Made by a program: the position numbers and the translations under genes
In this document: one piece after another, positions 31,976 through 42,759 of the stretch
Layout: every line of letters begins with the position of its first letter
Position numbering within the stretch: position 1 is the stretch's first letter
The notes under the pieces: model-generated
What the model was told of the DNA's origin: nothing
Database searches by the model: none
Seen by the model: the letters and a program-made list of their open reading frames with translations, nothing else
DNA from: Chrysomallon squamiferum
Lineage: Eukaryota; Animalia; Mollusca
DNA length: 64,000 nucleotides
Assembly: GCA_012295275.1 (NCBI GenBank)
Contig: CM022675.1
Location: forward strand, 13,578,001 to 13,642,000
Direction of reading: 5' to 3'

Positions 31976-32075
31976 ATGTTAGACTTAGGGTGTGTGCTCC
32001 ACTGAGCGAAGGGAGGAGACACCATCATCCACCTCCAAACCAAACATAACCATGCACTGATCTGCACCCAGTGCA
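31976..32075 (-). CDS. KLHL18: KLHL18 exon 9, disrupted as assembled (SALGA...DGVSSLRSVE..., then in-frame TAA)
   Basis: gtag acceptor and AT|GTAAGT donor in the expected phases. The exon is 100 nt, but a phase 2-2 exon must be a multiple of 3. The Kelch core is scrambled and there is a TAA at 31987-31985. Confidence 0.75.
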
Positions 32076-32322
32076 CTACAACAACAACAACAACTTTCAG
32101 TGTGTAACAACAGTAATGTGTAATAATGCCTAAGTGGATTATTGTGTCTCGATAATAACAATAACAATAACTATAATAATATTATATAATAATAAAACAA
32201 TAATAACAATAACAATTTAAAATAAAGTAAAAATAACAATTGTAATAATAAAAAAATAATAATGCTCCAATAACAATTATAACAACAAGAGTAACCTCCA
32301 ATGACAGTAATAATGATAATAA

Positions 32323-32520
32323 TACAGGTTGAGAAAGCTTTATCCAAAAACAGACCAGAATTATGTCAGAGTTCTACTTTTTCAGATTTTGAAATGTATG
32401 GAGACATTGCATGACAATAAAATCTTAGTCAAAATATGAATTTCATTTAATTTTCATTTACAGCTTATACAAATAACAATTGCAAAATAATAAAATAATA
32501 ATAATTTTGTGCATTAAACA
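32323..32520 (+). mobile_element. Possible degenerate pogo/Tigger-family (Tigger4-like) DNA transposon 5' fragment
   Basis: TA|CAGGTTGAG...TTATCCAAAA...GACCAGAA...TTTTTCAGATTTTG...TTCATTTA...CTTATACA...AATAATTTTGTGCAT.AAACA, in the same order as my recollection of the Tigger4/MER46 5' end; not database-verified. Confidence 0.4.
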
Positions 32521-32739
32521 ATTATAACAACAGTAATAATGATAATAATAATAATAACAACAAAACAACAACAATACCATCCAAAACATTTTCTGTCTAT
32601 AAAAATTATGTCAGAGTTGACTTTTTCAGATTTGAGAGAAAAGAGAAATGTGGACAGAAGATGACTGATACAAAGATGGTTTCATTAATTTTTGAATATA
32701 AAGGTAAACAAAAAGATGACAGACAGATCAGGTAATAAC

Positions 32740-32854
32740 CTTCTTTTACAGTTCATTGTGGCAACTCGTTTCCAACGGCGACAGTGAGGATCAAAAACTT
32801 CCACTGTACACAACCTCTCTGTTCCATTGTAACCTCCAATAGCATAAAGCAATC
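32740..32854 (-). CDS. KLHL18: KLHL18 exon 8 ([37 protein letters not shown])
   Basis: Read manually. atctag acceptor, AG|GTTATT donor, 115 nt; Kelch GG...VE..DP...W. Confidence 0.92.
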
Positions 32855-33260
32855 CTAGATATAAAAATACAAAAATAAAATAAATATCTTAATTATTCAA
32901 ATAATGGTTTTATTATAACCTCCAATAGCATAAAGCAATCCTAGATATAAAAAATAAAATAAATATCTTTATTATTCAAATAGTTTTATATGAAATTATT
33001 CAAATAATAGTTTTATTATAACCTCTAATAGCATAAAGCAATCCTAGATATAAAAATACAATTAATATCTTTATTATTCAAATAGTTTTATATGAAATTA
33101 TTCAAATAATAGTTTTATTATAATTTGCAATGGGATAAAGTAATACAAGACCTGAAAACAAAATAAATATCTTAATACAAAATTATTCAAATAATGGTTT
33201 AAATTATTCAAATAATATGACAACACACAATAATTCTAGATACAAAAATCTTATTATCAA
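32830..33260. repeat. Tandem 86-103-bp duplications containing the exon 8 acceptor and the first ~25 nt of exon 8
   Basis: TAACCTCCAATAGCATAAAGCAATCCTAGATATAAAAA recurs at 32830, 32916 and 33019 (one mismatch); further degenerate copies follow. Confidence 0.9.
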
Positions 33261-33549
33261 AAAATAAATATAATACTTTGATATAAAAAAGAATATTTGT
33301 ATTTTGTGTACAGCAGCCGTATTTTACTACATGAGCTAAGCAAGATACAGAACAAAAAAGAAAAGAAAAGAAAAGAAAGATTGTAAGAAGGATAGACTGA
33401 ATAAAAACAGAAAGAAAGAAAGAAAAACTGAAGGAAGGAAGCAGCAATTACAAAGAAAGACAGAAAAAAAGAAAAGAAACAAAATTTAAAAGGAATAAAT
33501 GAGAGGAAAGAAATGGGGAAAAAGTGGGGAAGAAAATGGGTAAACTCAC

Positions 33550-33657
33550 CATTGAGTACAGACACACCCACCCTACTCCTCATAGTACTCATAGCCTCTG
33601 CTATCACCCACCTCCCCACAACCGGGTCAAAATACTCAACTGTGCTCAGTGAGTCAC
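33550..33657 (-). CDS. KLHL18: KLHL18 exon 7 (DSLSTVEYFDPVVGRWVIAEAMSTMRSRVGVSVLN)
   Basis: tag acceptor, G|GTGAGT donor, 108 nt; Kelch pattern. Confidence 0.93.
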
Positions 33658-33972
33658 CTACAAAAATACAACAAATTCTTCTTTGTTTTTATATGTAATT
33701 TAACTGTCAGGTAAAAATAATCAGTTATAAAAATTTGATCATGTTTAAAAAATTAAATTAATTTAAAAATGAAATAAAGTAAAATAATAATAACAATAAT
33801 AATAATAATATTAATAACAATATTAATAGTAATAGTAATGACAGTAATGAAAAGAAAATAGATAATAATAGTAATAATAATAGTAATAATAAAAGAAAAC
33901 AGAATAAGAACAATTATTTTTAGATGGTGTGAAGATATGACGTGACAATGCTGTAGTTGTTGATGTACAAAC

Positions 33973-34109
33973 CTGAAGATGTGAGGCCACCGACAGCGTA
34001 GATGACACCAGGGATGTCAGTACAACATCGTGGTCGTGTTTTAAACGTCTGCAACAGCATCCTCCTCTCTGGCATCAAGTGGTAATCACGTGCTTCGTCC
34101 AGCAGGTCT
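33973..34109 (-). CDS. KLHL18: KLHL18 exon 6 ([45 protein letters not shown])
   Basis: ttctcag acceptor, G|GTTTGT donor, 137 nt; linker plus start of Kelch 1. Confidence 0.93.
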
Positions 34110-34999
34110 CTGAGAAATATTTCAATATTTGTTTTACTCACAATTCAGAAACATTTTGTTTAATTACGTTTTAGTTTCTGTTTCTTTTCTTTTTTTTTCT
34201 TTTTTCTTTTCTCTTTTGTTGGGTTTTTAAATGAAAACAGGTTTAATTCAGAAATATTCAGTTTTAATATGCTTTAGTTTTTATTGAGTTTCTATTTAAA
34301 TCAAAATGAATTTATAATTCAAATATTTATTTTTAATGTTTTTTGGGGGTTTTAGTTTTTATTTAAATCAAAAACACTTTAATTCTGAAATATTTAGTTT
34401 TAATTTTTTTTGTTATTTAAACCAAAAATAGTCCACATTATTAATGTTTTATACAACAGAATACAGATTTTGTATAATTTTGTGTGTATGTGTGTGTGTG
34501 TGTATATATGTTACTATGTATATGTATGTATATATGATTAGAAATAGCTAATCCTTAATATTAATTTTTCAAATACAAAATATACATATTTTATTATACA
34601 AATCCCAATACACTTTTTTCTTTTTTCTTTCAAATCAGAAATGTTTAACTGTTACAATTATAAATATAAAACTGGTTTAAAATGAAAATTAAACATAATA
34701 AAATTCTTTTTCTTTACTCAAAAAAAAAAAAAAAAACCTACAAATATATATTGCTTTTTCTAAAAATTACAAACACAACCATAGTAACTATCTTGAACAT
34801 TTAACATGACTGAGACAATGTCAATCAGTACACACAAACACAAAACATGGAAGTAATTCTGAATATATTTACACTACTTATTATTTATTTATTTATTATT
34901 TATTATTAATTATTATTATTATAATTATTATTTTTATTATTATTACTATTATTATTAGTAGTAGTACTATTACTATTATTATTACTATTATTATTATTA

Positions 35000-35042
<43 letters not shown>

Positions 35043-35051
35043 TCATTTCAC

Positions 35052-35209
35052 CTGCACTGGAGGGAGTTCTTGACGAGTTCTTCTGTGGCCACGCTGTCTG
35101 AGAGGTACTGGGGGGTGAGGAGGGGGAGTCTTACTTTGACCATCAGCTCGGGCAGACATTCTTTGCGAGAGTCGACTTGTTTGACCCACGCCAGCACAGC
35201 CTCAAACAC
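35052..35209 (-). CDS. KLHL18: KLHL18 exon 5 (BACK: VFEAVLAWVKQVDSRKECLPELMVKVRLPLLTPQYLSDSVATEELVKNSLQC)
   Basis: Not in the ORF track; read manually. gtttcag acceptor, AG|GTGAAA donor, 158 nt; VFEA..W and RLPLL BACK motifs. Confidence 0.92.
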
Positions 35210-38200
35210 CTGAAACAAACACCTGTTTCATTTAGCACAGCCTCGAACACCTGAAACAAACACCTGTTTCATTTAACACTGACTCAAACACCTGTTTCAT
35301 TTAGCACTGAATCAAACACCTGAAACAAACACCTGTTTCATTTAACACTGACTCAAACACCTGTTTCATTTAGCACTGACGCCTCAAACACCTGTTTCAT
35401 TTAGCACTGCCTCAAACACCTGACTCAAACACCTGTTTCATTTAGCACTGCCTCAAACTGTTCCATTTAACACTGCCTCAAACACCTGTTTCATTTAACA
35501 CTGCCTCAAACACCTGAAACATTTAACACTGCCTCAAACACCCTGTTTCAAACATTTAACAAACACTGCCTCAAACACCTGTTTCATTTAACACTGCCTC
35601 AAACACCTGTTTCATTTTGAAACAAATGTTCCATTTGCCTCAAACACCAAATGTTCCATTTTCCATTTAACACTGCCTCAAACACCTGTTTCACTTTAAC
35701 ACAGCCTCAAACCTCAAACACCTGTTTCAAATGTTTATTTAACACTGCCTCAAACACCTGTTTCATTTAACACTGCCTCAAACACCTGTTTCATTTAACA
35801 CTGCCTCAAACACCTGTTTCATTTATCACTGCCTCAAACACTGCCTCAAACAAATGTTCTATTTAACACTGTTTCAAACAAATGTTCCATTTAACACTGT
35901 GTTTCATTTTTCAAACACTGCCTCAAAACCAAACAAATGTTCAAACACTGCCTCAAACAAATGTTCTATTTAACACCTGTTGTTCCATTTAACACAAACA
36001 AATGTTCCATTTAACACTGCCTCAAAACACCTGTTTCATTTAACACTGCCTCAAACACCTGAACCAAACAAATGTTCCATTTAACCTGTTTCAAACAAAC
36101 ATGTTTATTTAACACTGCCTCAAACAAATGTTCCATTTAACACTGCCTCAAACAAATGTTCCATTTAACACTGCCTCAAACACCTGTTCCATTTAACACT
36201 GCCTCAAACAATGAAACAAACAAATGTTCTATTTAACACTGTCTCAAACAAATGTTCCATTTAACACTGCCTCAAACACCTGTTTCATTTAACACAGCCT
36301 CAAACACATGTTTCATTTGCCTCAAACAAATGTTCCATTTAACACTGCCTCAAACAAACACACTGCCTCAAACACCTGTTTCATTTAACACTGCCTCAAA
36401 CACCTGTTTCATTTAACACTGCCTCAAACACCTGAAACAAATGTTCCATTTAACACTGCCTCAAACACCTGAAACAAATGTTCCATTTAACACTGCCTCA
36501 AACAAATGTTTCATTTAACACTGCCTCAAACACCTGAACCAAACAAATGTTCTATTTAACACTGCCTCAAACAAATGTTCTATTTAACACTGTCTCAAAC
36601 AAATGTTCCATTTAACACTGCCTCAAACAAACGTTTCATTTTAACACTGCCTCAAACACCTGAACCAAACAAATGTTCTATTTAACACTGCCTCAAACAA
36701 ATGTTCTATTTAACACTGTCTCAAACAAATGTTCCATTTAACACTGCCTCAAACAAACGTTTCATTTAACACTGCCTCAGACACCTGAAACAAACAAAAT
36801 TTAACACTTCAAACAAATGTTCCATTTAACACTGCCTCAAACAAACGTTCCATTTAACACTGCCTCAAACACCTGAACCAAACAAATATTCCATTTAACA
36901 CTGCCTCAAACAAATGTTCCATTTAACACTGCCTCAAACAATGAAACAAACAAATGTTCTATTTAACACTGCCTCAAACAAATGTTCCATTTAACACTGC
37001 CTCAAACACCTGTTTCATTTAACACTGCCTCAAACACTTGTTTCATTTACCACTGCCTCAAACACCTGTTTCATTTAACACTGCCTCAAACACCTGTTTC
37101 ATTTAACACTGCCTCAAACACCTGAAACAAACACCTGTTTCATTTAACACTGCCTCAAACACCTGTTTCATTTAACACTGCCTCAAACACCTGTTTCATT
37201 TAACACTGCCTCAAACACCTGAAACCTGTTTCATTTAACACTGCCTCAAACACCTGTTTCATTTAACACTGCCTCAAACACCTGAAACAAATGTTCCATT
37301 TAACACTGCCTCAAACAAATGTTTCATTTAACACTGCCTCAAACACCTGAACCAAACAAATGTTCTATTTAACACTGCCTCAAACAAATGTTCTATTTAA
37401 CACTGTCTCAAACAAATGTTCCATTTAACACTGCCACTGCCTCAAACAAACGTTTCTTTTAACACTGCCTCAAACACCTGAACCAAACAAATGTTCTATT
37501 TAACACTGCCTCAAACAAATGTTCTATTTAACACTGTCTCAAACAAATGTTCCATTTAACACTGCCTCAAACAAACGTTTCATTTAACACTGCCTCAAAC
37601 ACCTGAACCAAACAAATGTTCTATTTAACACTGCCTCAAACAAATGTTCTATTTAACACTGTCTCAAACACCTGTTTCATTTAACACTGCCTCAGACACC
37701 TGTTTCATTTAACACTGCCTCAAACACCTGTTTCATTTAACACTGCCTCAGACACCTGAAACAAACAAATATTCCATTTAACACTGCCTCAAACAAATGT
37801 TCCATTTAACACTGCCTCAAACAAACGTTCCATTTAACACTGCCTCAAACACCTGAACCAAACAAATATTCCATTTAACACTGCCTCAAACAAATGTTCC
37901 ATTTAACACTGCCTCAAACAATGAAACAAACAAATGTTCTATTTAACACTGTCTCAAACAAATGTTCCATTTAACACTGCCTCAAACACCTGTTTCATTT
38001 AACACCTGTTACATTTAACATTTCAAACACATTTAAGCCTCAAACACTTGTTTCATTTAACACTTTGAAACAAAAACAAACAAATGTTCCATTTAACACT
38101 GCCTCAAACACCTGTTTCATTTAACACTGCCTCAAACACCTGTTTCATTTAACACTGCCTCAAACACCTGTTTCATTTAACACTGCCTCAAACACCTGAA

Positions 38201-38800
38201 ACAAACACCTGTTTTATTTAACACTGCCTCAAACACCTGTTTCATTTAACACTGCCTCAAACACCTGAAACAAATGTTCCATTTAACACTGCCTCAAACA
38301 CCTGTTTCATTTAACACTGCCTCAAACACCTGAAACAAATGTTCCATTTAACACTGCCTCAAACACCTGTTTCATTTAACACTGCCTCAAACACCTGTTT
38401 CATTTAACACTGCCTCAAACACCTGTTTCATTTAACACTGCCTTTAACAAAAACACCTCAAACAAATGTTCCAAACTCAAAATGTTCCATTTAACACTGC
38501 CTCAAACACCTGTTTCATTTAACACTGCCTCAAACACCTGTTTCATTTAACACTGTCTCAAACACCTGAAACAAATGTTCCATTTAACACTGCCTCAAAC
38601 ACCTGTTTCATTTAACACTGCCTCAAACACCTGAAACAAACACCTGTTTCATTTAACACTGCCTCAAACACCAGTTTCATTTAACACTGTCTCAAACACC
38701 TGTTTCATTTAACACTGCCTCAAACAAACGTTTCATTTAACACTGCCTCAAACAAACGTTTCATTTAACACTGCCTCAGACACCTGAAACAAACAAATGT
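35193..38800. repeat. 3.6-kb minisatellite (28-bp core, 37/41-bp variants, 125-bp higher-order unit) derived from the KLHL18 intron 4/exon 5 junction
   Basis: Plus-strand unit CACCTGTTTCATTTAACACTGCCTCAAA, with or without CACCTGAAACAAA; roughly 110-120 copies by length. The first unit is continuous with the exon 5 start (minus strand CAG|GTGTTTGAGGCTGTGCT). Confidence 0.96.
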
Positions 38801-38950
38801 TTCAGTGTTAAATAAAACATTTGTTTTCTTCAATGTCAAATAAAACATCTGTTTGTTTTAGTGTTAAAAAAACATTTGTTTGTTTCAGGTTTAAATAAAA
38901 CATTTGTTTCAGTGTTAAATAAAACTTTTCTTTCAGCTGTTAAATAAAAT
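38801..38950. repeat. Degenerate inverted copies of the satellite unit capping the array
   Basis: CAGTGTTAAATAAAACATTTG and ACATTTGTTTGTTTCAGG are reverse complements of the array motif CCTGAAACAAACAAATGTT.TATTTAACACTG. Confidence 0.75.
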
Positions 38951-39235
38951 ATTTTATATGTTTTACATTAACAACAACTGTTTTATTTAACAATGTATCA
39001 GACACTGATGAAAACAATACTTGTAAACAACATGAACTAAATTATTCATACTTTATCTTCCTAATACTTAACTCTGAGAAAGCTCTCGACATTTGTGTAT
39101 CAACAGTATATCATATCATATCATATTGTATATCACATAATACTGTATATCTGTATCACAGATCACTATCAGGTCTACATATCATATTTACCTGTTTTTA
39201 CCTGTAATTACCTGTCTAATGTCAGTCAAACGTAC

Positions 39236-39434
39236 CTGTTCTTCATTGTTCACATTGAGCTCGTCGCGGGAGATGATGTCAATGACGTCCTCGCGGTTGA
39301 GGCTGAGAAACTCGTCTGACGATGCGACTTGTTTGAAGCTGTTCTGAATAAACTTGTTAGCTGACTCGACCAGGTCTGAACACATGTACTGATCAGCAAA
39401 CGCACGGACAGACAGACAGTTCTGTGGATGAAGT
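39236..39434 (-). CDS. KLHL18: KLHL18 exon 4 (BACK: LHPQNCLSVRAFADQYMC...RDELNVNNEEQ)
   Basis: ttgtag acceptor, CAG|GTACGT donor, 199 nt. Confidence 0.93.
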
Positions 39435-39545
39435 CTACAAACAAGAAACATAGAGAGATGATATTATGTTCAAAATTATCCACAAATATAGATGTAGACA
39501 GTTGTACACAGAAGACAGTTGCAAAGATAAAATCTAAATCATGGC

Positions 39546-39595
<50 letters not shown>

Positions 39596-41103
39596 TGTAT
39601 ATCTGTAAGAGTATATGTTATGTATGTTTATCTGCACATGTTCAATTCTTTAATTTATAATTTATACAGATATGCATTAAATCAGTATATCTTAGTTGTA
39701 TATGTAAATGTGTATATATATACATATTTATGTGTGTGATGTGTTTGAGTGTGTCAGTATATGTCAGTGTACATCTGTGTGTGTTTTATCTGTTTATCTG
39801 TGTATGTATGTGTCAGTGTGTCAGTTAAATAATACACAACTGTGTGTCTGTGTGTCACACTGCCATCTGTTACAATACACATACAACTTACAACTAATTT
39901 TTGTTTTTAAAGATATGTATAAATAAAAACTGTTGTAACATTTCTAATTCAAATAATTAAAGAGCTTAAGAACAAGATAAAACATATCTTAAAAAAATCA
40001 AATAAAAAAATCATGTATGTAAATAAATAAAATGCACATGTAATCCAAACAGTGAAAGAACAGTTTAAAATAAACACACACAAACAAACCAAATAAAAAT
40101 GGTTAAATATGCAAATAAAATATACCTGAGATTAAAATATACATGAGATTATTATTTCTAACAAAAACAATGAATGAGTTTAAAAAAAAATTTAAAAAAT
40201 TAAAAATTGCAGTTCAAGCAGAAATGTGACCAACATGAACTAAATTTTTATTTTATATTTTTATTTTTTTAATATCTGTTGAGATGTCAGAGAGGAATCA
40301 CGTATACAAACATGTTTGACCTCTGACCTCAGAATAATTAAATCCATCTCACACACAGATGTTAAGCTCATTACATAATGTATGACATATGAGGTCAAAA
40401 GGTCAAACAGACAGGGTGTTCCAGGACAAGAAATGTTTTTGTCTTTTTGTTGTGGTTTTGTTAAATATGTTTTCGTTTGATTGTTTGTTGTTATTTTTAA
40501 TAAATAAAATTAGTTGAATTTGGATTTGACTTCAATTTTTTTAATATTTATGTGTGAATATGTATAAATGTATATTGTGTTTCTACTTATGACTATGCAC
40601 ATATGTTTGAGAAATTTTGTCTATGCGTGTAACGTTGTGTGTGTGTAAATGTGTGTGTGTGTTTGTGTCTGTGTGTGTGTCTGTATGTGTGTGAGTTTAA
40701 TCGTGTGCATGTCTATGTTTCTTAAAAAAAATACAAAGTTGTTTTTTATTCCATAACTCATTTTATTTCAAAATCATGTGAACTTTCATTTCTTTTGTTT
40801 TTAAATTCACAAATACAGATTTTTGTTTTATGAATATAAAATCAAAAGTCAGTCTTGTTTATTTATATACATTTTATAATATCAAGCTTTGAGAAGTGAA
40901 GTCAGTTTCTGAAAAAAGGTAAATGAGAACAGAGTTATCTCCCTTCAACTTAAAACTTTCACACTGGGAAAAGCAAAGTTTAGAAAATATTTCAGTTATT
41001 GTTCATTTCTTACTTATTTTGCTATGAAACATTTAGCTGGGATATTAGTTACAGTGAGAATTAACAGAAAAATGTTAAGTAAATCTGAGACAGCCGGAGT
41101 TAC

Positions 41104-41244
41104 CTCTCTTTAAGGAACTCGCAACACGCTTCTTTCACACTCTGGAGGTGCAGAAAGCTGGCAGCTATCAGCAGGGACTGGACGTTGGTTTGGTCAATCT
41201 CAACTTTTCCTGTGTAAGCAAAATTTACCAAAGACTCAAGAGCA
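41104..41244 (-). CDS. KLHL18: KLHL18 exon 3 (BTB: [46 protein letters not shown])
   Basis: ttccag acceptor, AG|GTAACT donor, 141 nt, phase 2-2. Confidence 0.93.
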
Positions 41245-41706
41245 CTGGAAAAAACAAACAAAAAAATCACAAAAACAGATTTAATGTTTGAATGTTTAGA
41301 AACATCTGAATATAGGAAAAGCATATGTAACCTGATGTTTTAGACAGATAAACTGGCATACAAACAGAACAAGAGACAGACAGACAGATAATATATGCAC
41401 AGACAGACATAGATACAGATATAGTTAATTCTGATCTTTTGTAGAGATTGAATTATTTATTAAACTGCTAATTTTAAATATGCTCACATACTAAAAAGTA
41501 ATCACTTAGTTAAGAATGAAAAATATTTAAGAGACATACAACACATACACCCACAGACACATACATAATATATATGTAGAGAGAGAGAGAGAGATGTACA
41601 TGCACATTACTCACATGTAACAATGTAAATACTTGCTTACAAATACACATTAAGCATGAAGAAATGAACATTTAACACCTGTAACGAAAGATATTTAACA
41701 TCAAAC

Positions 41707-41837
41707 CTGGCATCAATTCCCTGCATGCTGATTTCATCCTGTTTAGCTTCAACCATGTCATGTGTAAACATTGCATTGAAGTATGGAATGGTGGCCGCCA
41801 GAATAATCCTGTGGCAGGAAAACTTCTGTTCTGCTAC
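41707..41837 (-). CDS. KLHL18: KLHL18 exon 2 (BTB: [43 protein letters not shown])
   Basis: cag acceptor, AG|GTTTGA donor, 131 nt; BTB HR.vLA...YF.AMF motif. Confidence 0.93.
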
Positions 41838-42759
41838 CTGCACAACAAACAGAATGTAAAAAAAAAAAAAAAAAAAAAAAAAGGGTTTTATAAACAGCAT
41901 TAATTTTTTTTTTTTTTTTTGAATTTCAAATTTTGAAGATGGCAGGACATCCCAGAACTCATTGAAAATATGTGGATATGAGTAAGTTGTGAAGACAGTT
42001 TGGAACTTCCAGTGCTCTGTTTACAGCACAGCTTTCCAAGTTCAGTGGTGCAACTTCCATCAAAATAACAACTTAGTTACTGCTTTTATCTGCTGTGTAA
42101 CTGATCTATATCCATTGTAACTCAGTATATGTCTTTGTATCAAGTTTGTGCTGTTTCAAAATAAACCTTTTTGGTCCTATAAATGTACACCATTTATCAA
42201 TAGAAGATTTCATACATTACAAATTTAAACCACTTAAATATAGGATTACTGGATATATATATATATTTTCTCCAAATCTGTTCCTAGTTTTACTATTGTT
42301 ATAACAGTTACAGGCGGTTTTCTGGGTTTGTTTTTTACGGATTTTTGTTTGTTTGTTTGTTTTTTATTTATTTATTTCTTCCAGTGTTTTCATGGCATCA
42401 TTAGGATTTTAAAAGAGAACATATTTAGAAAACGCCGTATCGACTCAGTTTGGAATAACTGTTTTCGCTTGAAGTTGAATGAAATTTCAACTGATTTGAC
42501 AAGAAAAAGTGAGTTGAGACATATTTATAAAAACCTTCTTTCTTATATATATTCACAGCAGCAGAACAACGCACTGCAGTAAACTATTCAGTAAATTCTC
42601 TGTTGAAAAGGCATGAACTGATACCGCAAGATGACCAATATGAATATTATAACAATAACATCGAGTCCGGTCGACGTTTGAATAATGATCATTAATATTA
42701 CTTTAATAACATGTCTGCTGTCGTTATTTAGACGCACAATTTGATGCGGGTCAACTTGC

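Noticed and set aside
33701-33720. Partial similarity to miR-8 (ACTGTCAGGTAAA)
   Set aside because: The seed and 3' end differ and no precursor hairpin is evident.
35193-35260. Satellite unit resembles the spliced exon 4-exon 5 junction (AATGAAGAACAG|GTG vs AATGAAACAG|GTG), suggesting a cDNA origin
   Set aside because: The match on the exon-4 side is only about 10 AT-rich nt with a gap. Local duplication and hairpin symmetry of the genomic acceptor explain it without reverse transcription.
35193-38800. CRISPR-like array (28-bp repeats)
   Set aside because: There are no unique spacers and no cas genes. Units are head-to-tail inside a eukaryotic intron and derive from the exon junction.
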